Assembly (NCBI RefSeq): GCF_963921235.1
Contig: NC_086107.1
Coordinates: 98,022,001-98,086,000 of the forward strand
DNA from: Mobula hypostoma
Taxonomy: Eukaryota
DNA length: 64,000 nucleotides
Direction: 5' to 3'
The position numbers and the translations under genes are program-made. The notes below the pieces were generated by a model. The model saw nothing but the letters and a program-made list of their open reading frames with translations, was not told the origin of the DNA and made no database searches. The first letter of the stretch is position 1. The number at the start of each line of letters is the position of its first letter. This document shows, piece by piece, positions 48,889-62,145 of this stretch.

Positions 48889-51499
48889 CCATAATAATAA
48901 GTAAATCGATTACAGTATACATATTATGAATAGATTAAAAAATGTGCAAACAGAAATACTTCATATTAAAAAAAAGTGAGGTAGTGTCCAAGGGTTCAAT
49001 GTCCACATGGACATTGAATCAGATGACAGAGGGGAAGAGCTGTTCCTGAATCGCTGAGTGTGTGCCTTCAGGCTACTGTACCTCCTACCTGACGGCAACA
49101 GTGAGAAAAGGGCATGCCCTGGGTGCTGGAGGTCCTTAATAATGAATGACACCTTTCTGAGACACCGCTCCCTGAAGATGTCCTGGATACTTTGTAGGCT
49201 AGTACCCAAGATGGAGCTGACTAGATTTACAACCCTCTGCAGCTTCTTTTGGTCTTGTGCAGTAGCATCCCCCCACCACCCATACCAGACAGTGATGCAG
49301 CCTGTCAGAATGCTCTCCACAGTACATCTAAAGAAGTTTTTGAGTGCACTTGTCGACGTTCCAAATCTCTTCAAACTCCTAATGAAGTATAGCCACTGTC
49401 TTGCCTTCTTTATAACTGCATCGATGTGTTGGGACCATTTTAGATCCTCACAGAGATCTTGACACCCAGAAGCTTGAAACTGCTCACTCTCTCCACTTCT
49501 GATTCCTCTACGAGGATTGGTATGTGTTCCTTCGTCTTACCCTTCCTGAAGTCCACAGTCAGCTCTTTTGTCTTTCTGACATTGAGCGCCAGGTTGTTGC
49601 TGTGGCACCACTCCACTAGTTGGCATACCAACAGCGGTTGTATCGTCAGCAAATGTATAGATGGTATTTGAGCTATGCCTAGCCACACAGTCATGCGTAT
49701 TTAGAGAGCAGAGCCATGGACTAAGCATACACTCCTGAAGTGTACCAGTGTTGATCGTCAGCGAGGAGGATATGTTATCACCAAACCGCACAGATTGTGG
49801 TCTTCCGGTTAGGAAGTCGAGAATCCAACTGCAGAGGGAGGTACAGAGGCCCAGGTTCCGCAACTTCTCAATCAGGATAGTGGGAATGATGGTATTAAAT
49901 GCTGAGCTATAGTCCATGAACAGCATCCTGACACAGGCGTTTGTGTTGTCCAGGTGGTCTAAAGCCATGTGGGGAGCCATTGAAATTGTGTCTGCCGTTG
50001 ACCTATTGGCGATAGGCAAATTGCAATGGGTCCAGGTCCTTGCTGAGGCAGGAGTCCAATCTAGTCATGACTGACCTCTCAAGCATTTCAACACTGTCGA
50101 CGTGAGTGCTACCGAGCGATAGTCAGTAAGGCAGCTCATATTATTCTTCTTAGGCACTGGTATAATTGTTGCCTTTTTTGAAGCAAGTGAGAACTTCTGC
50201 CCATAGCAGTGAGAGGTTGAAAATGTCCTTGAATACTCCCACTAGTTGGTTGGCACAGGTTTTCAGAGCCTTACCAGGTACTCCATCGGGACCTTCTGCC
50301 TTGCGATGGTGTACTCTCTTCAAAGACAGGCTAACATCGGCCCCTGAGACAGAGATCACAGGATCATCAGGTGCAGCAGGGATTTTCACAGCTGTAGCTG
50401 TGCTCTCCTTTTCAAAGTGGGCATAGGTGTTGAGTTCATCTGGTAGTGAAGCATCGCTGCCATTCATGCTATTGGGTTTCGCTTTGTAGGAAGTAATGTC
50501 TTGCAGTCCCTGCCAAAGTTCTGTACATCCGATGTCACCTCTAACCTCGTTCAAAATTGTCTCTTCGCCCTTGAAATAGCCCTCCACAAATCATACCTGG
50601 TTTTCTGGTATAGTCTGGGTTGCCAGACTTGAATGCCACAGATCTAGCCTTCAGCAGATGATGTACCTCCTGGTTCATCCACGGCTTTTGGTTTGGGAAT
50701 GTACAGCAAGTCTTTGTAAGCACACACTCAGCCACACAGGTTTTAATGAAGTCAGTAACAACTGCAGCATACTCATACAGGTTCAAAGATGAATCCCTGA
50801 ATACAATCCAGTCCATCGATTCAAAGCGGTCCTGTAGGTGCTCCTGTGCTTCCCTTGTCCATACCTTCTTGGTCCTCACTACTGGTGCTGCAGTCTTCAG
50901 TCTCTGCCTACACTCAAGGAGTAGAAGTACAGCCAAGTGATCGCGTGGAATAGCATGGTAGGCATTCTTGATGGTGGTGTAGCAATGATCCAGTGTGTTG
51001 TTTCCTCTGGTATTGTAAGTGATCTGTTGACGGTAATTGCTTAGTGATTTTTTCAGAATGGCCTGGTTAAAATCTCCCAAAACAATGGTGAAGGCGTTCG
51101 GCTGCATCCAGTACAGAAGGGGTTAATCAGGATTCCATGAAACGCGGTCCTAATGTCCCTCTGATTCAGCACCCTAGCTCTGATCATCGATTTTATTCAC
51201 CAGAGACTGCATGTTTGCCAGCAAGATAATCGTTACAGGGAGTTTAAAACCCCATTTCCTTAAACGCACTTGTAACCCCACACTGCACCCGTACTTCCTC
51301 CATGGGTGCTTCCGACCACAATCGGTGTTGTTTCTGTCAGTTTTAAGCAGCGATAGTTTGTTTAAACGCATTAATACATTTTGTTGACTGTACTGACCTT
51401 GGAAGCAGTTGTGCTTTTTAGCTGTATCAGGCTGAAACGGGAATATTTAATCATATCCATTGAGAGTACTGCTGCTACTCGAGTCGCACCTAAGCGCCC

Positions 51500-52135
51500 C
51501 GGAAGAGTGAGCAATTTCATGTTCCAGGCTGTCAGCATTGGAGGATCTATCCCAGGCCTAAGCATATCGATGCAGTCACAAAGAAGGCACAAAAGCGGCT
51601 ATATTTCATTAGGAGTTTGAGAAGATTTAGTATGTCACCAAAGACACTCGCTAATTTATACACATGTAACGTGGAGAGCTTTCTAATTGGTTGCATCGCT
51701 GTTTGGTATGGGGTGGGGGCACTGCACAAGATCAAAGTAAACTGCACAGCACTGTAAACCCAGTCAGCGCGGTTATGAGCACTACCCCTCCCCAGCATCC
51801 AGGACATCTTCAAGGAGCGATGCCTCTAAGAGGTGGCGCCCATCGTTAAGGACCCCCATCACACAAGACATGCCCTCTTCTCATTGCTACCATCAGGTAG
51901 GAGGTACAGGAGCCTGAAGGCACACACACGGTGATTCAGAACAGCTTCTTCCCCTCTGCCATCCGATTCTCAAATAGACATTGAACCCACGAACACTACC
52001 TCACTACTTCCCCCCCTCTTTTTGCACTATTAATTTAGCATATACTGTACATTTCATTTTTTAATTGTGTTACAATGTACTGCTGTCGCATAACAAATTT
52101 CATGACATATGCCAGTGATAATAAATATGATTCTG
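51500..52135 (+). mobile_element. Rex1/Babar-type 3' fragment
   Basis: Parallels 31380-32043. Confidence 0.8.
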
Positions 52136-52322
52136 AAAGTTGGAGAAGGCTTAAAGGTCTGAATAGTGTCCTGCTCTAATTCCTTTTTTTTTAATATATA
52201 GAGGGATGGGGTATTTTTAAAAATTTTATTATGGATATGCTCAGCAAATTATTGCCCCCAAGATGATGGTGAGCTGTCATCTTCAGTCCTTCCCTTGACG
52301 TTGGAGGGTGTTCCAAGAGTTA

Positions 52323-52844
52323 AGGCTGATTTATACTTCTGTGTCAAATGGATGCCGTAGGTACGGAGTATCCGTGAACCCTACGCAGTGCCTACGCGGA
52401 TCCCTACGCCGTAGCCTGCCACCCAACTCTCCCAAAATGTAACTATGTGTCGCAGCAATGCAGACCGCAACCCGCAACAACTGTGATTGGTCCGCTTGGC
52501 AGCATCGCATTTTCTCCTACGCTGCAATAGCTTCCCACTGGGCGACTGAAGGGCAGAGAAGGAACTCTGGCTGCAATGCTTTCCATAAAACTTTACAGAC
52601 ATCCGAAATTATGGAGGACACATTTCGCTTTTACGAAAAAAGACCCTCGCTTTAAACTTGTTTACCCCTACAAAGACTACCATGACAATGAAGCCTTGCA
52701 CGGGCAGGTGTGTGTGCATGTGCGAGGTGCCCGAATTGCAGAGCGATGCAGACACACCAACGCACAAGTATAAATGCTCACAACGCGCGTAGGCCACTTG
52801 CGTAGGTTACGGCGTCCATTTGACGCACGAGCATAAATCAGCCT
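52323..52844. mobile_element. PIF/Harbinger-type non-autonomous DNA transposon
   Basis: ~37-bp imperfect TIR aggctgatttat...tcaaatgga.gccgta; TTA duplicated on both sides; CpG-rich interior. Confidence 0.82.
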
Positions 52845-53849
52845 TTACACCTGGAGGTAGAGGAGCAGCAATACATTTCTAAGTCAAGATGTTATTCAAC
52901 TTGAAGGGGAACCCACGTTGTGGTTTTTCCATGAGCTTGCTGCTCTTGTGCTGCCTGGTAATTGAGCTCATACTTTGGAAGGTGCTACAGAGTAACCTGT
53001 GAAAATAACTAGCACATTTTATATATGGCACATAGAGTGGCTACTGTTACCAGTGATGGAGGGTGTGAATGTTCAGGATGGTGCTTTGTCCTGAGTCAAC
53101 GGCCTTGTGAATCTTTTCTGCACTTTTTCAATCTTAATTATGTCCTTCCTACTGTTTCGTGACCTGAACAAAGCAGTACTCCAAGAGTAACCTAACCCAT
53201 GTGTGTATGACTGTAATATGGCATCTCAACTCTTGTACTCTAATCATTTCACAGCAAGAGATCAGCAGATGGACAGAAAAGGTTCAAGTATTTCTCAAAG
53301 CCAACTTAGAAAACTGCAACTTTCCCACTGGGGACCTCTGGCCCGCAAACACTCAATGCAGGGAGCATTCAGGATAGTTGTGAGAATCTCAAGTTCATGT
53401 TGCTGGAACACAAAGAGATCTTTTGTGAATGGTGGAAGGAACACACATACCACCTTCCCCTACCTGTTGCCTCATCACACACTTTCTGCCTTATCTGTGG
53501 TATAGTCGGCATATCCCACATAGGTCTCATTAGCCACTTCTATACCCATAGACCCAGCATGGAAACAAGTAATTCTCATTTCTAGTTCACCACCATTCAA
53601 GAAAACACATGGCATCAATACAGAGCTTTCATCTCATCTGTTGATTGAGGCTGCTCATCTACTGTTCATTATTGTCCATAGGATATAAAAGAGGGCATAA
53701 AGTTGGGAAAGATGGATATAAAAAAGGATGCTCTTATAACAGGGTTTAACATTAGAGGGCTGTGGTGTATATCAAACAGTATAGCACTAAGATCTGTGTG
53801 TGCATTAGAGAATAAGGTGGTATCATAATCAAATATGTAATCCCAAATA

Positions 53850-54292
53850 TGCAGACACCAACAGAATCAACAAACTCATTCGTAAGGCCAGTGATGTTGT
53901 GGGGATGGAACTGGACTCTCTGACGGTGGTGTCTGAAAAGAGGATACTGTCCAAGTTGCATGCCATCTTGGACAATGTCTCCCATCCACTACATAATGTA
54001 CTGGGTGGACACAGGAGTACATTCAGCCAGAGACTCATTCCACCGAGATGCAACACTGAGCGTCATAGGAAGTCATTCCTGCCTGTGGCCATCAAACTTT
54101 ACAACTTCTCCCTTGGAGGGTCAGACACCCTGAGCCAACAGGCTGGTCTTGGACTTATTTCCATCTGGCACAATTTACATATTATTATTTATTTATGGTT
54201 TTATATTGCTATATTTATACTCTATTCTTGGTTGGCGCAACTGTAACAAAACCCAATTTCCCTCGGGATCAATAAAGTATATCTATCTATCT
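53850..54292 (+). mobile_element. LINE 3' fragment (Rex/Babar-like, different subfamily)
   Basis: ILDNVSHPLH...RSTFSQRLIPPRCNTERHRKSFLPVAIKLYN; tail aataaagtatatctatctatc. Confidence 0.75.
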
Positions 54293-54616
54293 AAATGAGG
54301 CTGATGAAATTCAGTGGAGTTACCAGCAACAAGTTGCTCTATACTGGAACACTGTAATGTCAGAACCTGAATTATATTGCCAGCATTTTGCTTCTGGACC
54401 ACTGCACTATGTGAAAAGCTGTGGTCTGGACCCTTCCAGAATTCATATCCTAGACTGTAGAGTGTTATTTATCCTGGAGCTTGTTAATGTTTACCAGAAC
54501 CCATGCCAATGATGTCCGTTGTGTGACATTGAACATTGAACCCAAAGTCCGCAAATACCTCACTTTGTTCAGCAGCATACTGAAGAGTGCACTCATATTC
54601 GACACGTTTCACTTAC

Positions 54617-54784
54617 AAAAACTGAGAAGTCGCGAGGGGCGCTGCTGGTTGAGCCAAGGAGAGCAATTGACCTTGGAATGTGCTCTAGGGTAAAGGCCGT
54701 GGGCCTGATTCGAGCAGCAAGCTGAATGACAACAAAGCCTTGCGAGCCTTTGAATGCCCAACAATTCCCAGGGTGAACATCCGG
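54617..54784 (-). CDS. SUN2: SUN domain exon (168 nt)
   Basis: PDVHPGNCWAFKGSQGFVVIQLAARIRPTAFTLEHIPRSIALLGSTSSAPRDFSVF; gcag| and |gtaagt. Confidence 0.96.
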
Positions 54785-54910
54785 CTGCAAGAGAGAACAA
54801 GAAAAACAAATTACAAAACTTCCTACCCACAGTTACCTCAGGAAATCTGTCTCACTTCTCAAAGGTGGTAGCACAAGTAGATAGAGTGCTGAAGGCAGGC
54901 ATTGACTATA

Positions 54911-55617
54911 CAGGTGCACATTCCTTATCTGAAATTCTGAAATCCAAAAAGCTCCGAAAACCGAAGTTTTTTTTCACCAACAGCTGACGTCACTCAGGTG
55001 TGACGTGGCAGCCCTAGCAGAGGCCGCCAGACGTCAGTTGTGGCTCAGCGCTCGTACTGGTTACACGTGCATTTGCTGTTCGCTGATATTGCAGAAGCTT
55101 GATCGTGGTGTGTCTGTGCAGTGTCTTACTGAAGAAAATAGTGTCGGAACTACCACTGTATATGATTTAAATAAACAGAAAGACAAGTTACTGAGGTTTT
55201 ATAGTGACAGTGACGGTCTACATTTATTCCAATAAGTCACTTACCATGTGTTTGATTCAGTTCGTTTGAAGATGTATATCTTTATGTTTTATTGAATGTT
55301 TTTGTTGGAAATAAAGTTTTTCTTGTCATTATTCCCTACACAATACAGTATAACAACTATTTACATAGCATTTATATTGTACTAGGATTTATAAGTAATC
55401 TAGAGATGATTTAAAGTATACGGGAGTATGTGCGTAGGTTTGGTGTGCCACTGGGTCCTAAAGTCCACCACACTAAGACAGGTTAAATAAGGGACTTGAG
55501 CATACATGTTTTTGGTATCGGGGCGGTGGGGGGGGGGGGGGGGTCTGAAATCTGAAAAATTCTGAATTCCGAAATGCAACTGGCCCCGAGGATTTTGGAT
55601 AAGGGATTGTGGACCTG
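54911..55617 (+). mobile_element. Tigger/pogo-type non-autonomous DNA transposon
   Basis: Imperfect CAGGT... TIRs, TA flanks, internal HTH remnant LQKLDRGVSVQCLTEENSVGTTTVYDLNKQKDKLLRFY. Confidence 0.85.
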
Positions 55618-56024
55618 TACGAGCAAGGAGGTCACAATACAACTTTATAAAGTATGGGTTAGGCCACCGCCGGAGTATGTGTGCAGTACGGGTTACCATA
55701 CTATCAGAGGGATATGATAGGACAGAGGGTATTACCAGGATGTTACTAAGATGGAGTGACTGGATAGGCTGGGTTTGTTTTCCTTGGAGAAGAGACCCAT
55801 TAGAGGTATAAGAATTTGAGGTGGAGATTGGATAGATAGACAAAAAACACAAACTTTCCCCAAGATAGAGATATCCAAGACCAGAGGACACTGGTTTAAG
55901 GCAAGGAGTGAAAGGTATACAGACGATCGAAGGAGAAACTTTTTGGTTGACGTTTGAATACATTGCTTAAGTAGGAGATACTCTCACCACATTTACAAAG
56001 TTTTTGTACAAGTACTTGAATTGC

Positions 56025-56114
56025 CGAAGGGTCTCGGCCTGAAACGTCGACTGCACCTCTTCCTATAGATGCTGCTTGGCCTGCTGCGTTCACCAGCAAC
56101 TTTGATGTATGTTG
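56025..56114 (+). mobile_element. Solo Penelope tail fragment starting inside the hammerhead
   Basis: cgaagggtctcggcctgaaacgtcgactg...tttgatgtatgttg. Confidence 0.8.
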
Positions 56115-56950
56115 CCTTTACATGGGATGAGTATAGATGGGTACTTGGTCTACATAGATGCGATGGGCCAAAGGACCTTTTTCTGTGCTATACAGAATAG
56201 GTTTAGAAAATTTGAACTCTGCCAGACACGAGAAGGAATGTTCTTGCTATGGAGGGAGTGCAGCAAAGTTTCAGCAGAGTGATGTATGAAGAGAAAGTCC
56301 TTTTAAACTGTGAATACTCTCACAGAAATCTACAACATCTTAACAGGACTCTAATGATTAGTTGTAGGTACCTAATGTCAGGGACGAGGGTCACCATCTG
56401 AAGATAAAGGGAAGACATGAAGAGGGAGGAAAAATCCAGAGAGCGTGAACCTGAAGAATTTTGACACAAAGTAGTTGAAATCAAATTATTAATTATGCTT
56501 ATGAATTAGGTATAGTTCTCACGGCCAGAAGGATCAAAATGTGAAAAAAAAGCTGAAGTAAGATAGAATTTATGATCAGCCATAATCATACTAATGTGGG
56601 AAAAAGGCTCAAAGGGCCTAATTGCCTGTTTGTATTAGTACTTTTTATTTCCGTTTTGCAACTCAGAGCTGTGGTATTTATCAAGCGTGTATAATGAACC
56701 AGTGCAAGATGTTACTTGACAGTTATATCAACACCCTGTCACGTAGTGCATCATTTTCCTGAGTGAGAACTATTCATACATGTCACTTCACACGTAAACT
56801 AAATGAATTCAAGTTCAGAGCAGGAGGCAGGCCCTAGTCCTGCTGCGCTGAGCGGCAAATCTTAAGGTCATACAGCACATTTGTATCCATCTGTCTCCAG
56901 GTGTCACTGCCTTCAGGAAAGAACGGAGCCGCAATGTGAGGATTATATAC

Positions 56951-57066
56951 CTGAATGACAGCCCTGGGAGACTGGGAATAGTACCACAGTGGAACTCCAA
57001 ATAGACTAAGAAGAGCCGTCTTGGTCTCAAAGGTTTCCGAGCAGCGAGTGCTGATTACACTGGCAC
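56951..57066 (-). CDS. SUN2: SUN domain exon (116 nt)
   Basis: ASVISTRCSETFETKTALLSLFGVPLWYYSQSPRAVIQ; ttag| and |gtata. Confidence 0.96.
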
Positions 57067-59047
57067 CTAACAAAAGAAAAATGGTTAAATCACTGAAAAG
57101 ACAAAGATGATCAACTCTTCAAGAAATATCTAACATTTAGAAAGAACAACAAAATTCTAGCACAGGGCGAGTGCTCATTTGCGCACTGGACGCAAATAAC
57201 AATTTATCTAGGAACTGATCACATTCAGCACAACTCCATAAGTTTCATAAATCAACAGTCTATAGGTAACTTCAGCACAGAACTCTCATTGATGCCCACC
57301 TCACAAAATTGTGGTTGGGTGCGAGAATCCTCTTAAAATTTAGCATTAATTAACCCGTAAATTTTTCCGTCCATTGCAACAGTACTGAATGGAGCTATTT
57401 TTACAGTAAGTTAATTGCAATGGGGCAAATTTCTGCAGCATAAAATGAAACAGAACTAGATTGTAAAAAATATTGTTTGTGGTCAGTTTTCTGAGACAAT
57501 TAACATGCCTATATATGATCTTCCTCCCAACTTGAAGTAAACAGTTAAAGCATTATATTTGACCTTGTTTCAGACAGTGACCAGCAAGGGTGTACATTTC
57601 TTATGGAACAAAATACTGCACACTTTGGCCCACCATGTCTGCACTGACCATGATGCCAGTTTAACTAACCACATGGTCTGCATTCCTCTTTCATTTCTGT
57701 TCACGGTTCTTAAACATTGTTCTTGTATCTGCTTCTACTACCTCATCCAGCAGCACATTCTAGGCAGCTACCTCTGCATAAAAAAAACCTGCCTCACACA
57801 TCTGTAAACTTCCCCCTCCCACCTTAAAGCTATGGCCTCTGCTGTTGATATTGTCTACACTTCTCAGTTTTATATACTTCTAAACTGTTCAACCTACCCT
57901 ATAGCTAACAGTCCAATCCAGGAAATAACCTGGTGAATCTGCAGAAGACTGAAATTCCTTCACAGTTCCAGTGAAACCCAGTATAAGCTTTAGAAGAACC
58001 ATATTTCCAAACGTGAGTTTTTTTTCCCCTTTCCTCGCTCTTCTACTGGTGTTTCAGATTTAATTTGTGTCCTCCAAGTTACATCCTCCCCTAGCTGGCA
58101 CCACTGCTTGATTCAAATATCTCCTGGTCACCAGTCTATCATAGAACTCTCCTTTTGTTCTCACGTTCTCTGCAACTTAAACCTTGCCTCAAGGAATAAC
58201 AGGAGAGAGGACTTGTGAATGGACTTCCCAACTGGAGGAAGGTTAAAACAAGTTCCCCAGGGCAGACAAGGGCCTCTGCTTTGCTTCATATGTATCATAC
58301 ACAATGCTGAGTTTCCAAATTTACAAACAACACGGAACTTAGGACACAGTGAACTGTGAGGGACATAAAGGAAGAAGATACAGATCAGCAGATAGGTGGC
58401 ACCTTTAACTTAATAGAGTGACATGTTATATTTTTGAAAAAGCGATGACAGGAGGCAAAATAAACAGAAGGTGAAAACAGACCTGGAATGAATGGCTCAG
58501 GGGCATTGTTCACAAAGAAGGAAAGAGATGTTGAAAAGAAAAATTATAAGTAGAAGCACAGAGTAGAAGAGCAAAGAAATCACAGGGAACCTGATAAAAC
58601 AGAGGTTTGGTCATGGCCACAGCTGCAGCAGTGTTTTCAGTTCTAGTCCTTCACCCTGGGAAAGATGCGGAGCTTCGTTAGAGGTGCAGAAGAGATTTAT
58701 TGATGTGATTCCAAGAATAAGGGACTTCAGTGGATAGAATGAAGACGGAGCTGGATTTAACACACGGTGCCCTGGGACACAGCTGCACCAACCAACTGGC
58801 TGCTTAAACTTTAGATCTGTTGTGGCTGGTACAACATATACTGACCAGGAGATAAAATATTTAACAGCAGAGACCTCAGCAACTGTGGGGAAAGCTGCAC
58901 TACCAACACTGGTACCAGATGTACTTTCCCATTCTGGGAATCCTGACAGCAAGAGGGAAAGACAGCCCACACAAGACTCTTTCAACCTGTTACAACCAGG
59001 ATTGTACTTGGCCCTGGATTTCTGAGATGAATACATCTGATACTTAC

Positions 59048-59132
59048 CAGCAGATTCCAGTGCGTAATCCACCAATCCAATCCGATCAGCACTGTACAGT
59101 TCCAGGGCACGATCCACAACGTTTTTCACTTC
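59048..59132 (-). CDS. SUN2: SUN2-like coding exon (85 nt, start of SUN domain)
   Basis: EVKNVVDRALELYSADRIGLVDYALESA(G); cag| and |gtaagt. Confidence 0.95.
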
Positions 59133-59943
59133 CTGCAAATGCCAAACGGTAAGGCGATAATAAATTGGGATACGGATGGGTCAGTAGAGCACATACTCCT
59201 GCCCGTGTATTCCCTCTATTCCCACAATCTGGAATTAACCACATCCAATAAAAGTTGGCAGTGGAGTGCTGATGTATCCTTACAAGGTGGCAGGATCATA
59301 TGATAAGGTAAGCAATTGATTATTAAAATCCACAAGCTGCACTGTAACCTAATGGCAAGAATGGAGGAGTTAACAGTGGTGACTGCTGTTGAACCTTTAT
59401 CATCATTACTCAATCACGTTTTCGCACAGAGCTCCTGGCCACAACAGTGTAGGATGGGCAAAGAGTGTGTGATTCTGTAATTTCACCTTGTTGCCACACA
59501 CTTGTTCATTGGTTACAGCTGCACTCACTTCCTGACCTTCATCAAGAAGCTCCTGCAGAAAACAACATTTGACCACATCCAGTGGTCAGCTCAGAGCACA
59601 CTGCAGACCCTAGCAGGAGAAAAATCATAGCGGATTTTTCTTGGATAATTCTCCAAGCAGAATTGAGTCATTTGCCAGAATACCTCAATACCATACTCAC
59701 CAACAGGTACCAAGGCCTCACTTGGCTGGCAGAAAGGGGCCCTCCCTATCAGACATTTCCTGTACACTCAGACTCACCACCACATGCTGCCCCTCCCCCA
59801 AGATTATAAGCAGACGATTAGGTTTAGATATTTGCATTAATGAGAAGATGTACAGGCATATCTAATCAAGTGGCCATTGAGTGTATATTATGAATAAAAT
59901 ACATTTCTGAAACAGAGACGTCTGTTCCAGAGTTAGGACGTAC

Positions 59944-60168
59944 CTGAAAAATCCCTGCCCTGACAAGTGCCAAATTTTGCTCTGTTGGCTGACCGGTGTT
60001 GTATGAAAGACCTGTGAGAATCTTCTTCTCCAAGCCTGCAAGAAGGTTTTCCAGTTCCTTGCGTTGCACCAGCTGTGCTGTCAGCACTTGCCCTGATGGT
60101 ACCTCTGTGCTGTCCAGCGACGAACCAAAGAGCAGCTTGTTGACCAGCGGGACCAGGGCCGCCCGCAT
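59944..60168 (-). CDS. SUN2: SUN2-like coding exon (225 nt)
   Basis: MRAALVPLVNKLLFG...QRKELENLLAGLEKKILTGL...AGIFQ; tttcag| and |gtacgt; phase 0-0. Confidence 0.82.
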
Positions 60169-60434
60169 CTGAAAGCGCAAGAGAAGGGTCAGTGCTTCTT
60201 CTGGTATAGGAGTTAACACCACATGCAGGTAACTAATTCTATGCAACTCCGCACGGTTGTCATCTTAAAAATATTCTATGCTTTATTTTATGTCTAAATT
60301 TATGCTTTGGGGAGGGAAATAGGGCAAAGGAAAACATGATAGCTGAAAGTTTACTAAATAAGATAGAGGAACCGAGGGATCTTTGAAAGCTTGATCACAG
60401 ATCTCTGACAACAGTGGGACAGGTAATCTTGGAA

Positions 60435-60550
60435 AATCTGAAATGCTGGAAATCAAAGCAATACACACAAAATGCTGCAGGCCAGGTAGCATCTATGGAA
60501 AAGAGTAAACAGTCGCTGTTTTGGCCTCCAGCATATTGTGCATATTAATT
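60435..60550. mobile_element. Palindromic Penelope-tail mini-element (degenerate)
   Basis: Exact 14-bp TSD aggtaatcttggaa at 60421-60434 and 60551-60564, around a tail plus a short inverted tail. Confidence 0.75.
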
Positions 60551-62145
60551 AGGTAATCTTGGAACTATGGAAAACATTCGATTCTGGTCATCTCACTACT
60601 GAACGGATTTGATAGCACCGGAGAGGTGCAAGAAAGATTTACAAGGACGTTGCCAGGGACGGACAATGATGGTTCTGGGCGGAGCATCTCCAGGATCTAC
60701 AGCAGGAAAATTGGAATGCTTTTGAGATTATGAGAAATCTAGATTGAGTGAACAAGAAGAACACCTTTCCTATAGAAATTAGAGATTTAAGTCAATTGGT
60801 AGAAGGCCAGGGCTCACTGCCTGTACCTTACCCAGATTTCGTGGACAGTGGGGCCAGCACTTCTACACCTAATATTGAATTCTACAACTTCAGGTAACTT
60901 TATTTCTCTCCCTTTCTCTACCACTTGTGATACTGGCTCAACTTTCTCCCAGGATGGTGCAATGGGCAGAGGGAAAGTGACACAAGGAAGATCCTTTTCA
61001 GGCTTGAAGGATGAATCTGCTCTCGACCCAACTATTTACTGTTTATAATAATGACCTCGAGGAGTTAACAAAAAAAAAAATTAGGTTTCCAATATTGCCA
61101 ATGATGCGAAAGAACATATTGGAGTGAGCACAGTGTTGACCCCTCAAAGGAGTCACAGCTAACTTCTGTGATAAACTGGTTGTGCTATTAAGAGATGCTA
61201 TAACAGTTGATATTTGTATTCCTTAAGAGTTTAAAAACAATAACATCCAAGAACCCAGGGGGAGGGTGGTTCTTGACAGGGTAGATGCTGAGATGTTTTA
61301 ACTAACAGAAATATCATGAACAAGGGGACATGCCAACAAAATAAAGGGGCCAGCATTTTAAACTGAGGGACATAATGTAGAAATTTCTTCTCACAGGATA
61401 GTCAATTTTGGAATTCTCTGCCTCCCAAGAGTGGTGGAGGCCAGATCATTCAGTATATTTAGGTGGAGATAAACATTGGAAAGGTCACATAATTGGGGGT
61501 TGTGGGGAATTAGCACAGGACTTCAGGCCAGCATAATCAGTCACAATCATTTTGTAAGGTGGGGTGAGCTTTGAGGAGTTTGTGGCCTCCTCCTACTCTG
61601 TTATTGATTTGGACTCAACGGGCTACACTGGACTACTACGGTCCAGTGTAGCAAGTTCCTGGACAGGCGCTCACAAGATCGTTGAGGGGGGACAGGAAAA
61701 GGGAGATGGTTGGAAAATAAGCCCAACTCAAACTGCCCGAAGTGAGGTATGGAACTACAGATTATTCCAAATCTGGGGATGGGGAGACTTTGGGGTTCTA
61801 ACATTTGACTGTCGTTCATTCTTTGGGGCACTCCTCTGTTTTTGTGGACGGTTGCGAAGAAACCCATTTCAGGATGTATATTGTATACATTTCTCTGACA
61901 TTAAATTGTACCTTCGAAATCCTAATCCCTTCCAACACTTCCCATCTTGTTAAATGTTAACCTATTCATGACCTTTTTAGTAATACAGACAGTGCTGAGA
62001 GCCAAATTCTGTCCATCTAGCCCCACACGAAACATTACTTTTCATTTTAATTTCCTTAATGAGGTTGCTTTCTCTAGGGTGATAGAGGCACTAACAGAGT
62101 TTTGATCTTTTTTACAGTTTAATAAAAACAATTTGTAAAACCTAC

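Larger units (their letters stand above)
47840..51490 (-). mobile_element. Near full-length decayed Rex1/Babar-type LINE (contains nested CR1 and SINE)
   Basis: EN (GDFN, TLDHCY) and RT ([13 protein letters not shown]) fragments; 3' tail at 47840-47945. Confidence 0.88.
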
